Source: an uncultured Mycoplasmatota bacterium
Lineage (GTDB): Bacteria; Bacillota_I; Bacilli_A; RF39; UBA660
Reading direction: 5' to 3'
Length of the DNA: 64,000 bases
Assembly (NCBI GenBank): GCA_900547995.1
Contig: URIY01000001.1
Coordinates: 2,912-66,911 of the forward strand
Of the stretch, positions 32,076-41,500 are shown piece after piece (position 1 is the first letter of the stretch; each line of letters opens with the position of its first letter). The notes under the pieces are model-generated. The model was given only the letters and a program-made list of their open reading frames with translations, had not been told where the DNA came from and made no database searches. The position numbers were made by a program, and so were the translations under genes.

Positions 32076-32795
32076 CTAACTAAAAAAACATTTTACATCT
32101 TCAGTATAATTTCCATCTTTATCATGTACAATTAATGGTGACTCAATTTTGACACCACTTTTACCCATTTTGACACCTTCTATTAAAACCATATTGGCAG
32201 ATTCATTAATTCTTGGGTAAATAAATCTTAATCTTTTTGGCTCAATTTTATTTTGTTTCATAATACTTAATATTTCAACTAATCTATCTGGTCTATGAAC
32301 AATATTGATTGTTCCATTATTTTTTAATAACTTTCTAGCTATTTTAAATATTTGTTCAATATTTAAAGTTATCTCATGTCTTGCATACCTTTTGTATACA
32401 CTTTCATTTAATTTGACATTTTCTGTAATTTTAAAAAATGGTGGATTACATGTTATAATATCAAAACTTTCAGAATTCCATTCTTTATATTTATTATTAA
32501 TATCATCATTAATAACCGTAATTTGATTTTGCAATTTATTATATTGAATACTTTTCATAGCCAAAGAAAAAACATCTTCTTGAATTTCAACTCCTGTAAT
32601 TTTAGCATCTGTTTTTTGGGATAATATTAGAGGGATTGGTGCATTACCAGTTCCGATATCTAAAATATTACTAACTTTCTTATTTATATTAACAAAATTA
32701 GCAAGTAAAACAGAGTCTAAGGAGAAACTAAACATTTGTGTATTTTGGTATATTTTTATATTTTTATACCCTAATAAATCATTTAAAACTTCCAT
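32076..32795 (-). CDS. SAM-dependent methyltransferase, tRNA (adenine37-N6)-methyltransferase-like (YabB/TrmN6 family)
   Basis: 239 aa. ILDIGTGNAPIPL SAM motif and NPPF(F) N6-adenine MTase motif (CNPPFFK); syntenic with B. subtilis yabB. Confidence 0.6.
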   Translation of the reverse strand: MEVLNDLLGYKNIKIYQNTQMFSFSLDSVLLANFVNINKKVSNILDIGTGNAPIPLILSQKTDAKITGVEIQEDVFSLAMKSIQYNKLQNQITVINDDINNKYKEWNSESFDIITCNPPFFKITENVKLNESVYKRYARHEITLNIEQIFKIARKLLKNNGTINIVHRPDRLVEILSIMKQNKIEPKRLRFIYPRINESANMVLIEGVKMGKSGVKIESPLIVHDKDGNYTEDVKCFFS

Positions 32796-33595
32796 TAATC
32801 AATTTTTTCCTCTACTATTTCATTTTTTTTAAGTTCAACCTTACATGTTCTATTTAGTATATCAACGCTTTTTACCACGCCATCTTCTCCATGACATTTT
32901 ATTTTATCACCAACACAAGGAAGACCATTTTTGCATTTCGTATATGTCTCATCTTCGTAATTCAAACAACAAAGTAATCTACCACAACTACCATTTATTT
33001 TATTTGGATTTAGTGATATACCTTGATTTTTTGCCATATTAATAGAAACTGAATTTAATTCTTTTAGAAATCCTGCACAACATAGTGGTCTTCCACAAGG
33101 TCCAAGTCCACCAACTTCTTTAGCCTTATCACGAATACCTATTTGTCTTAATTCAATTCTTGTTTTATAAATATACGCTAAATCCTTAGCTAAATCACGA
33201 AAGTCAATCCTGCTATCTGATATAAATCTAAACATTAACTGACTTCTATCAAAAGTAAAATCAACATCTAGTATTTGAATATTTAAATTATGTTTAACAC
33301 TTAATTCTTTACATTTTTTTAAGGCTTTTTTTTCTTCTTCCTTATTTGCCAAATGCCTTTGATAATCTTGTTTTGTCGATATTCTAATAATAGTATTTTT
33401 TTCTAAATCTTCAATTTTTATATCTTTAGGTTCTAAATCTGTAACTATTCCAAATTGTAAACCTCTATCTGTTTTTACAATTACTGTTAAATTTTTTTTC
33501 AAGTTAAATTTATCATTTTTACAAAAGGCAATTTTTTGATTATAAAATTTAACCTTTACAACATTAGGCATTACCATCACACCTTCCAAATTCAA
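32795..33595 (-). CDS. ricT: PSP1-domain protein RicT/YaaT
   Basis: 266 aa. PSP1 C-terminal domain and Cys-rich stretch (CGRPLCCAGFL...CGRLLCC); syntenic with holB. Confidence 0.7.
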   Translation of the reverse strand: MNLEGVMVMPNVVKVKFYNQKIAFCKNDKFNLKKNLTVIVKTDRGLQFGIVTDLEPKDIKIEDLEKNTIIRISTKQDYQRHLANKEEEKKALKKCKELSVKHNLNIQILDVDFTFDRSQLMFRFISDSRIDFRDLAKDLAYIYKTRIELRQIGIRDKAKEVGGLGPCGRPLCCAGFLKELNSVSINMAKNQGISLNPNKINGSCGRLLCCLNYEDETYTKCKNGLPCVGDKIKCHGEDGVVKSVDILNRTCKVELKKNEIVEEKID

Positions 33596-34514
33596 TTATT
33601 AGTTTGTCCATTATTAAATTTAAATTATTATTTTCTTTTATCTTTTGCTGCAAATTTAAAAGTAAATTAATTTTAGTACATAAATTTTCATAAGATAATT
33701 TATTTGATAGATTTATTATATCTTGGTTATCTTCTTCAAAAACATTAACTTTAGTATGACATTTCTTACGTAGTATGTCAATATAATATAAAATCATAAC
33801 TGAAAAAGCAATATAAAATTGTTCTTTTTCCTTATAAACATTAAACCATAGTTCATTTAAATGAATATATACGTCTAATTTATATTTTTCATAATAATTA
33901 ACAAAATCTATACATTTATTTAAAACTGTAATATCGGTATCAATACCAAATATATTTTCCAAGGCCTGTTTTGTCATATTAAGGTTTGACAAAATTCTAT
34001 CTTCAAAACTAGGAGTTTCTATTTTATTTATTCCTATTAAGGAAATAATTTGACATCTTGAAATAATTGTACTTAACATATTATATATATTTTCAGTAAC
34101 TAAAATGGCAACGATATCTTGTTCTGGCTCCTCCAAAAATTTTAATATTGAATTGGCGGATGATTTATTTAATCTTTCAGCATTGTTAATTATATATATT
34201 TTTTTATCACTATATATTGGTTTTTTTGAAAAATCGTATTGTAATTCATCTATTTCTTCCTTTTTTATAATTAATCCTTCTGGGTCAATTATTTTAAGTT
34301 CAGGAAAGTCATTGTTATCAATCATATCACATATTTTTTGTGTATTTTCTATATTTACGCAAAAAAGGGCTTTTGCAAAAGCAATTGCAACACCCATTCC
34401 ATCTAAATATCCATTAGTTTCTATTATATATGCATGTGAATGTTCATTTTTCTTAATCACATTATTCATAATTTTGTAAGCATAAACTTGTGTATCTTGA
34501 TATTTTTCTAGCAT
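33564..34514 (-). CDS. holB: DNA polymerase III delta' subunit (probable start at MLEKYQD)
   Basis: AAA+ clamp-loader fold without an intact Walker A; ...HAYIIETNG... and SRC-like motif; position between ricT and recR cluster. Confidence 0.65.
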   Translation of the reverse strand: MLEKYQDTQVYAYKIMNNVIKKNEHSHAYIIETNGYLDGMGVAIAFAKALFCVNIENTQKICDMIDNNDFPELKIIDPEGLIIKKEEIDELQYDFSKKPIYSDKKIYIINNAERLNKSSANSILKFLEEPEQDIVAILVTENIYNMLSTIISRCQIISLIGINKIETPSFEDRILSNLNMTKQALENIFGIDTDITVLNKCIDFVNYYEKYKLDVYIHLNELWFNVYKEKEQFYIAFSVMILYYIDILRKKCHTKVNVFEEDNQDIINLSNKLSYENLCTKINLLLNLQQKIKENNNLNLIMDKLIIEFGRCDGNA

Positions 34515-34533
34515 GACTTCACCTCTTAATACA

Positions 34534-34722
34534 TTAAAACATAACGATAAACATGACAATAAATGATAATAAAGCAGGAACACCAAATATAGTCATTGAT
34601 CCTACCGTAATTAAATTTATTGGTACAACTACTCCTAATGGGGATGCAACTAAATTGTATCCATACAATAAAAAGGAGTAAAATACTACCTTTTTTATTA
34701 CATTAAATATTTTCTTTAACAT
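34534..34722 (-). CDS. bofA: BofA-like small membrane protein (pro-sigma-K processing inhibitor family)
   Basis: 62 aa, two TM segments. ...PINLITVGSMTIFGVPALL... resembles BofA (...HVPINLVT...GIPG...). Adjacent to recR as in B. subtilis. Confidence 0.4.
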   Translation of the reverse strand: MLKKIFNVIKKVVFYSFLLYGYNLVASPLGVVVPINLITVGSMTIFGVPALLSFIVMFIVMF

Positions 34723-34763
34723 TACTTGTCACCTCTAGTTAATGTTATGGATTATATTTAATT

Positions 34764-35369
34764 TTATGAATCAGAAACAACAGTTCTATTTTCAAGTGCC
34801 ATTTCAAGTGTTAGTGAATCTATATAATCCATATTAGCACCTAGTGGCACACCATGAGCAATTTTTGAGACAACGACATTTTTATCATCAATTTTTTTAC
34901 TTATATAAAGTGCCGTTGTTTCACCCTCTATACTTGGTGTTAATACTAAAATAAGTTCCTTAATTTCATTGCTTTTTATTCTGTCAAGTAAAGATTTAAT
35001 ATTCAAATCTTCTGGATTTTTACCATTCATTGGAGATATTAAACCATCAAGTACATGATATAACCCCTTATACGTACCAATTCTTTCTATTGATATAACA
35101 TCTTTAGGGTTTTCTACAACACAAATTGTACTATGATTTCTTGACTCATCACTACATAAAGAACATATATCTGTTTCAGAAAAGCCATGGCATTGTTGAC
35201 ATCGTTTTATTTTCTTTTTTACATTGGAAATAGAATACGAAAATAATTCTAACATTGCATCATCTGAATCAACTAAAGATAAAGCAAGTCTTTCAGCTGT
35301 TTTTTCGCCTATTCCAGGTAACCTTTTAAAACATTCAATTAGATTACATAAAGTTTCTGGATAATTCAT
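34764..35369 (-). CDS. recR: recombination protein RecR
   Basis: 201 aa. Helix-hairpin-helix, C4 zinc finger (CQQCHGFSETDICSLC), Toprim. Confidence 0.9.
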   Translation of the reverse strand: MNYPETLCNLIECFKRLPGIGEKTAERLALSLVDSDDAMLELFSYSISNVKKKIKRCQQCHGFSETDICSLCSDESRNHSTICVVENPKDVISIERIGTYKGLYHVLDGLISPMNGKNPEDLNIKSLLDRIKSNEIKELILVLTPSIEGETTALYISKKIDDKNVVVSKIAHGVPLGANMDYIDSLTLEMALENRTVVSDS

Positions 35370-35665
35370 TAAAATAAACCTGGCATTCCTTGAGTATATT
35401 TACCTAATTTTTTTTCTGTTTCTGCATCAATCTTTTTGAAAATACTATTTGTTAATACAACAATAATATCTTGCATCATTTCAATATCATCTTTATCCAT
35501 AGAATCATTATCTATTTTTACTTCTAAAATTTCTTTTTTACCATTTGCCTTAATTGTTACAAAAGAATTTGTTTCCTCAAAAATCATATTATCTATTTCA
35601 TTTTTTGCTTCCATCATATCTTTTTGCATTTTTTGTGCTTGTTTAAGCATTGCTTGCATATTCAT
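35369..35665 (-). CDS. ybaB: nucleoid-associated protein YbaB/EbfC
   Basis: 98 aa; MNMQAMLKQAQKMQKDM... N-terminus is typical of the family. Confidence 0.85.
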   Translation of the reverse strand: MNMQAMLKQAQKMQKDMMEAKNEIDNMIFEETNSFVTIKANGKKEILEVKIDNDSMDKDDIEMMQDIIVVLTNSIFKKIDAETEKKLGKYTQGMPGLF

Positions 35666-35681
35666 AATTTATTCCTCTTTT

Positions 35682-37319
35682 CTATTTATCATATTCTATT
35701 ATATCATTAAATAGGTTTTCAATGCTATTTTTTTTATCATTATTTTGTTCTTGTTTAAAAAGCATATTTATAATTTGTGTATCGTCTACATAATTATATT
35801 TTTTTGTTTTAGAATTATATTCTTCTTTAATGCTATTCCAAGTATCTTGATCAACAGCAACTACCATATAATTTTGCAAACCTATCTTTTGTAGTAATTT
35901 TTCTATATCAGGTATTTTTAAATTGAACTCTTTTTCAACATTTTCACTTTCAAAAACAAAAACTAAATTTTTATCACTCGCTGCTTTTAAATTTCCATCT
36001 AGAATTAATCCAGCAATATTACTATAATCAGGATCAATAATAAAATTCTTTACATTATCTATTTTCCCTTTACATTCAATTAAATATTTTTTATTAAAAT
36101 TAGATAAGGTATTATTTATTCTGATATTTTTTAATTTTTCTAGCATTTCTTGCTTATCTTTAGAAACAGTAATTGGCTCTTCCTTATTGACAGTATCTTT
36201 AACATCCAATTTTACTTTTTCTTTTTTTATTATAGGTATTTCTATTTTTTCATTATAGATTTTATTTTCACTAGTTGTCATTTTAATTATATTTGTTTCA
36301 AACACTATTTTTGGATTACTAGCATTCTTTACTATATTTGACATATCTGAAAATTGCTCTATATATTTAATTAATTCATCATTTGATATTTCTAGTTCAT
36401 TTTTTGACAAATTGGTTACACTATCCACTAATATATTTCTTAAATATTCTATTAATTCATCTATTATTTTTACGAAATTCTTACCTTTGCTATTTAAATT
36501 ATCAACGAATTCAAATATATTTTTATAGTCTTTACTTATTATCATTTTTATAAAACTTTTTAATTCATCGTGTGTTACAATTCCATTTATATCATTTACA
36601 TCATTAATAGTTATTTTATCATCACAATAAGAAACTAGTTTATCAAGCATACCAATTGAATCACGCATTCCACCATCACATAACTTAGCAATTTGAATTA
36701 AGGCTTCTTCATCTATTTCTATATTTTCTTGACTGCAAATGGTTTTTAATCGATTTACAACATCATCTTGACTTATTTTTTTAAAATCTAACCTTTGACA
36801 TCTAGATAATATAGTTATTGGTATTTTATGGGGTTCAGTAGTTGCTAGTATAAAAATAGCATGTTTCGGTGGTTCTTCTAGTGTTTTTAATAAAGCATTA
36901 AAAGCCCCAATTGTTAACATATGAACTTCATCTATTATGTATACCTTATATTTACTTGTATTTGGAACTAAATTTATTTTGTTTTTTAATTCTCTTATCT
37001 CATCTACCCCGTTATTTGAAGCAGCATCTATTTCAATTATATCATTTGAATTTTTATTATTAATTTGCATACAGCTAACACAATTATCACAAGGTATAAA
37101 ATCATTTAAATGTTCACAATTAATTGTTTTAGCAAGTATTTTAGCAATACTTGTTTTTCCTGTTCCCCTTGGTCCGCAAAATAAGTATGCATGACTAATC
37201 TTATCTTTTCTAATGGCATTTTTTAATATTTTTACAACTATATCTTGCCCAGCAATTTCATCCAATTTTTTTGGTCTATATTTTCTATATAAAGCCTGAT
37301 ACATCATATCACCATCCAA
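35682..37319 (-). CDS. dnaX: DNA polymerase III subunits gamma/tau
   Basis: 545 aa. GPRGTGKTS Walker A, zinc module (CEHLNDFIPCDNCVSC), DEVHML Walker B. Confidence 0.9.
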   Translation of the reverse strand: MDGDMMYQALYRKYRPKKLDEIAGQDIVVKILKNAIRKDKISHAYLFCGPRGTGKTSIAKILAKTINCEHLNDFIPCDNCVSCMQINNKNSNDIIEIDAASNNGVDEIRELKNKINLVPNTSKYKVYIIDEVHMLTIGAFNALLKTLEEPPKHAIFILATTEPHKIPITILSRCQRLDFKKISQDDVVNRLKTICSQENIEIDEEALIQIAKLCDGGMRDSIGMLDKLVSYCDDKITINDVNDINGIVTHDELKSFIKMIISKDYKNIFEFVDNLNSKGKNFVKIIDELIEYLRNILVDSVTNLSKNELEISNDELIKYIEQFSDMSNIVKNASNPKIVFETNIIKMTTSENKIYNEKIEIPIIKKEKVKLDVKDTVNKEEPITVSKDKQEMLEKLKNIRINNTLSNFNKKYLIECKGKIDNVKNFIIDPDYSNIAGLILDGNLKAASDKNLVFVFESENVEKEFNLKIPDIEKLLQKIGLQNYMVVAVDQDTWNSIKEEYNSKTKKYNYVDDTQIINMLFKQEQNNDKKNSIENLFNDIIEYDK

Positions 37320-37333
37320 CTGTATCCATTATA

Positions 37334-37774
37334 TCATTTTTTTCTTTTTTCTTTGAAGAATTTTTGTAATAATTCTAAACATTCTTTTCTATGTAACCCC
37401 TGTATAAACGATATATTTTTATAATTTTTATCTATTAATGAAAGATACTTGTTTATTTGTTCAAATTGTTCACCTGAAACACCATAAATCACTTTTTTTA
37501 TTCTACTTTGCATAATAACTGATGTGCACATAAAACACGGAGACAATGTTGTATAAAGTATACAACCATCTAAATGCCAAGTATGTAATTTATTTGAAGC
37601 CTTTTCGATTGCTACTATTTCGGCATGTTTAGTAATTTTTTGTTTTTTTTCACGTTCATTATATGCTTTAGCAAGTATTTTATCATCTTTTACAATTACA
37701 CATCCAACAGGCACATCACCATATTCAATTGATTTATTGGCTTCTCTTAAAGCAATTAACATATAATCTTTCAT
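37334..37774 (-). CDS. tadA: tRNA-specific adenosine deaminase TadA
   Basis: 146 aa. CDA motifs HAE (HAEIVAIE) and PCxxC (SPCFMCTS). Confidence 0.85.
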   Translation of the reverse strand: MKDYMLIALREANKSIEYGDVPVGCVIVKDDKILAKAYNEREKKQKITKHAEIVAIEKASNKLHTWHLDGCILYTTLSPCFMCTSVIMQSRIKKVIYGVSGEQFEQINKYLSLIDKNYKNISFIQGLHRKECLELLQKFFKEKRKK

Positions 37775-37791
37775 CTATACCTCCACAAAAA

Positions 37792-37880
37792 AAGCACACA
37801 CATTAAGTGACTTTTAAGGCTGCTACCTTCCGATTCTGACCTGGTTCAAGTATTAACGTTGTGCATATGTATTATTACAT
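37792..37880 (-). ncRNA. ffs: signal recognition particle RNA (small 4.5S-type SRP RNA)
   Basis: Reverse complement contains CCAGGUCAGAAUCGGAAGGUAGCAGCC, matching SRP RNA domain IV consensus (CCAGGUCAGGUCCGGAAGGAAGCAGCC). Flanked by complementary 5'/3' arms and followed by GCTTTTTTT. Canonical position between tadA and dnaX. Ends approximate. Confidence 0.65.
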
Positions 37881-37918
37881 ATTTTCTATTTTTTTGCAAC
37901 TTTATTAAGTGTTTTTTT

Positions 37919-37936
37919 ATGTTTCACGTGAAACAT
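37919..37936. promoter_or_regulatory. parS site 1 (ATGTTTCACGTGAAACAT, perfect palindrome)
   Basis: Contains the exact 16-bp parS consensus TGTTTCACGTGAAACA. Confidence 0.8.
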
Positions 37937-38026
37937 TTAATTGCAAATCAAAAGAAACTATATAATAGTATCTAATTTTTATATATTAATTATTATAATA
38001 TTTTTTTGTAAGTTTACATTAAAAAA

Positions 38027-38050
38027 TCAATGTTTCACGTGAAACATTGA
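38027..38050. promoter_or_regulatory. parS site 2 (24-bp perfect palindrome TCAATGTTTCACGTGAAACATTGA)
   Basis: Contains the exact parS consensus core. Confidence 0.8.
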
Positions 38051-38063
38051 TTTATATTATTTC

Positions 38064-38693
38064 TTACATAAATGCACTCATATCAGAATAAGAAATAGGA
38101 GTATTTACATCATCTATATCATAAGATTCTTCATTACAATTTATAAACATTTTCGAAAAGCGACGACCCTTTGATTCATTTAAAACTTTAAACATTTTGC
38201 AAGTTCCCAAATAATACATTAATAAATCATATCCGTTATAATTTGTTGCATTTGAATGTGACTTTTCAAAATTTTTCAAGCGTCCCTTTGCCAATCTTAT
38301 TTTAAATTCTTTTTCTATTTCCTTTATTATTTTTTTCTTAAAAGGTGTTTTTAAAATTGCATTTATTATTTCATTTTCGTCATAGGTTTCCATTCCATAA
38401 TTTAATATAGTAAGGTGTTCCTTAGACCATTTACTTGCATATTTGTCTCCTCTCAGATCTTCATCAGAGATTGGATAAGTAAATGATGCGCCTAAAATAC
38501 ATTCATTAACCTTTTTATTATTTAATGTTTTCCTCATAACAGTTTCAAATTCTTCTGTAGAACTTATTTTTTTATTTTTCTTTAATACTTTATGCAATAA
38601 AAGTTCAAGTTCCTTCATTGACAAAATTGTACTTTCCAAATATGAATCTTTTGCATTTGGATAATTTTTTATAAATAATATTTCATTTTCCAT
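38064..38693 (-). CDS. hypothetical protein (209 aa) embedded in the parS array
   Basis: ORF track. No recognisable motifs. Three parS copies lie upstream and two downstream. Confidence 0.4.
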   Translation of the reverse strand: MENEILFIKNYPNAKDSYLESTILSMKELELLLHKVLKKNKKISSTEEFETVMRKTLNNKKVNECILGASFTYPISDEDLRGDKYASKWSKEHLTILNYGMETYDENEIINAILKTPFKKKIIKEIEKEFKIRLAKGRLKNFEKSHSNATNYNGYDLLMYYLGTCKMFKVLNESKGRRFSKMFINCNEESYDIDDVNTPISYSDMSAFM

Positions 38694-38778
38694 AGCTAAA
38701 TTTCCTTTCTTATTGGAATATATTACAGCATTAAATATTATATGTCAATAAGTATTCTTTTTATTATTAAACCAAAAG

Positions 38779-38800
38779 TAATGTTTCACGTGAAACATTA
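38779..38800. promoter_or_regulatory. parS site 3 (22-bp perfect palindrome TAATGTTTCACGTGAAACATTA)
   Basis: Contains the exact parS consensus core. Confidence 0.8.
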
Positions 38801-38908
38801 GAATATATATTTATATAGAATGCCTTTTTGGGTAACAATAACAAAATTTATTTTTCAATTTTATTATCTAATGTAATAGTTTCTTTAAAAAATTATTTTT
38901 CATAATAA

Positions 38909-38940
38909 TAAAACAATGTTTCACGTGAAACATTGTTTTA
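38909..38940. promoter_or_regulatory. parS site 4 (32-bp perfect palindrome TAAAACAATGTTTCACGTGAAACATTGTTTTA)
   Basis: Contains the exact parS consensus core with an extended symmetric flank. Confidence 0.8.
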
Positions 38941-38958
38941 AATTAAATTCTTTTTATT

Positions 38959-38976
38959 ATGTTTCACGTGAAACAT
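38959..38976. promoter_or_regulatory. parS site 5 (ATGTTTCACGTGAAACAT), abutting the gyrA stop codon
   Basis: Contains the exact parS consensus core, immediately 3' of gyrA. Confidence 0.8.
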
Positions 38977-41490
38977 TTATTCTTCTGTTGAATTTTCATT
39001 ACTGATTTCTTCAACTTTATCAACAATAGCAACTGTACTTACCTTTTGATTATCCTTTAGATTAATTAATCTAACACCTTGAGCAACTCTTCCGGTAGAT
39101 GATACTTGATCTAGTGGTAATCTTATGATAATTCCATTATCAGTAATTACCATTAAATCTTTATTTTCATCGTTTAAAGTTTTACATGCAACTATATTAC
39201 CATTTTTTTCTGTTACATTTAGTCCCTTAACACCTTTACTACCTCTATGAGTCATTCTATATTCGCTTATACTAGTTTTTTTACCATAACCGTTTTCTGT
39301 TACAACTAATACTTGATCATCAGTGTTTGCAATCTCACAATCAACTGCTTTACCATCACCAAGGTCAATACCTCTTACACCTGATGCTGTTCTTCCCATA
39401 ACACGAATTTCATTTTCATCAAAACGTATCATTCTTCCATTTGAACCAGCAATAATTATTTGATTACTTCCATTAGTTTTCTTTGCAGAAATTAATGCAT
39501 CATCATCTTTTAGTGTAATAGCAATCTTACCATTGCTTCTGATGTTTTCAAATTCACTAATATTGGTTTTCTTAATTAAACCGTTTTGTGTACAAAGTAC
39601 AATATAATTATTTGTATCATTATTAGTTACCTTTAACATTACTGTTATTTTTTCATCCTTATCAATTGTTAGCAAATTTACAATTGGTAAACCTTTAGAT
39701 TGCCTATTAAATGTTGGTATTTCATATCCCTTAACACGATATACTTTACCTTTATTACTAAAGAATAATAGATAGTCATGTGTTGTCATAGTAACAATAT
39801 TTTCAACAAAATCTTCCTCGTTTGTTGTCATACCCTTAATACCAACACCTCCACGATTTTGTAACTTGTATGTATCAGTCGTTACTCTCTTAATATACCC
39901 TTTATTTGTAAGAGTAATTATAATATCTTCTTCTGGTATTAATGATTCATCTTCAATATAATCAATAGCAGTCATATCAATGCTAGTTCTTCTATCATCG
40001 GCATATCTTTGCTTAATTTCAAGCATTTCATCTTTAATAATTTGATATACTCTATATTCATTAGCAAGAATATCCTTATAATCTTTAATTAATTCTAATA
40101 ATTCATTTAATTCTTGCTCAATTTTATCTCTTTCTAAGGCTGTTAATCTTCTTAATTTTAATTCTAGAATTGCATCAGCCTGAATATCAGATAATCCAAA
40201 GCGTGATATCAATTTTTCTTTTGCTTCTATATCACTTTCAGCATTTCTAATTATTCTTATTACTTCATCAATATAATCCAAAGCAATTTTATAACCTTCT
40301 AAGATATGAACTCTCTTCTCAGCCTTGGCTAAGTCAAATTTTGTTCTTCTAATAATAACAATTTTTTGATGATCTATATATTTTGATATAATATCCTTTA
40401 AACCAAGCGTTTTTGGAGTTAACCCATCAAGCATTAAGAATATTATTCCATATGAAATTTGAAAATTAGTATGTTTATATAGATTATTAAGTACAACATT
40501 TGGATTAGCGTCCTTTTTAAGAGTAATTGTTATCTTTACACCATCTTTTAAATCAGTATGATAATCGGCAATTCCATCAATAATCTTATTATGAACAAGT
40601 TCAGCAACCTTATTTTTTAATTCAAGGGTATTAACACCATATGGCACCTCTGTAAAAACAATACTACTATGATTGCCATGTTCTTCTATTTCGGCTCTAC
40701 TACGTATTGTTATAGTACCTCTACCTGTTTCATATGCCTTTTTAATTCCTGAATTTCCTAAAATAATACCACCGGTTGGAAAATCAGGTCCTTTAATATA
40801 ATTCATAAGTTCAAGTGTTGTAATATCAGGATTATCAATAAAAGCAACACATCCATCAATTACCTCACCTAAATTATGGGGAGGAATATTTGTTGCCATA
40901 CCAACGGCAATACCCATTGTTCCATTTACCAAAATATTAGGAAATCTAGATGGTAAAACGGATGGTTCTTTACATGTTTCATCAAAGTTACTGTCCATAT
41001 CAACAGTATCTTTATTTATATCTCTAAGTAATTCAAGAGAAATCTTAGAAAGACGAGCTTCAGTATAACGGTAAGCAGCGGCTCCATCACCTTCGATGTT
41101 ACCAAAGTTACCATGGCCATCAACTAACATATATCTTTCATTAAAATCTTGAGCAAGTCTTACCATAGCCTCATATATAGAACTATCACCATGTGGATGA
41201 TAATGTCCCATAACATATCCAACCGTAGTAGCACTCTTCTTATGTGGCTTATCTGGAGTATTATTTTCCTCGTACATTGACCATAATATTCTTCTATGAA
41301 CAGGCTTTAATCCATCTCTTAAATCTGGAAGTGCACGAGATGCAATAACACTCATTGAGTAATCAAGAAATGATTGTTGTACCTCATCAACAATATTATT
41401 TTCTTCTAAACTATCCCTTTCATGAAAATCACCATGAAAATTATTTTCTTTTTGTTCTTTTTCTTCTGAATTTAATACATCTTTATCCAT
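38977..41490 (-). CDS. gyrA: DNA gyrase subunit A
   Basis: 837 aa. Active-site region (AAAYRYTEARL...), QRDR-like segment (HPHGDSSIYEAMVRLAQDF), C-terminal beta-pinwheel repeats. Confidence 0.95.
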   Translation of the reverse strand: MDKDVLNSEEKEQKENNFHGDFHERDSLEENNIVDEVQQSFLDYSMSVIASRALPDLRDGLKPVHRRILWSMYEENNTPDKPHKKSATTVGYVMGHYHPHGDSSIYEAMVRLAQDFNERYMLVDGHGNFGNIEGDGAAAYRYTEARLSKISLELLRDINKDTVDMDSNFDETCKEPSVLPSRFPNILVNGTMGIAVGMATNIPPHNLGEVIDGCVAFIDNPDITTLELMNYIKGPDFPTGGIILGNSGIKKAYETGRGTITIRSRAEIEEHGNHSSIVFTEVPYGVNTLELKNKVAELVHNKIIDGIADYHTDLKDGVKITITLKKDANPNVVLNNLYKHTNFQISYGIIFLMLDGLTPKTLGLKDIISKYIDHQKIVIIRRTKFDLAKAEKRVHILEGYKIALDYIDEVIRIIRNAESDIEAKEKLISRFGLSDIQADAILELKLRRLTALERDKIEQELNELLELIKDYKDILANEYRVYQIIKDEMLEIKQRYADDRRTSIDMTAIDYIEDESLIPEEDIIITLTNKGYIKRVTTDTYKLQNRGGVGIKGMTTNEEDFVENIVTMTTHDYLLFFSNKGKVYRVKGYEIPTFNRQSKGLPIVNLLTIDKDEKITVMLKVTNNDTNNYIVLCTQNGLIKKTNISEFENIRSNGKIAITLKDDDALISAKKTNGSNQIIIAGSNGRMIRFDENEIRVMGRTASGVRGIDLGDGKAVDCEIANTDDQVLVVTENGYGKKTSISEYRMTHRGSKGVKGLNVTEKNGNIVACKTLNDENKDLMVITDNGIIIRLPLDQVSSTGRVAQGVRLINLKDNQKVSTVAIVDKVEEISNENSTEE

Positions 41491-41500
41491 AATTCACCCC

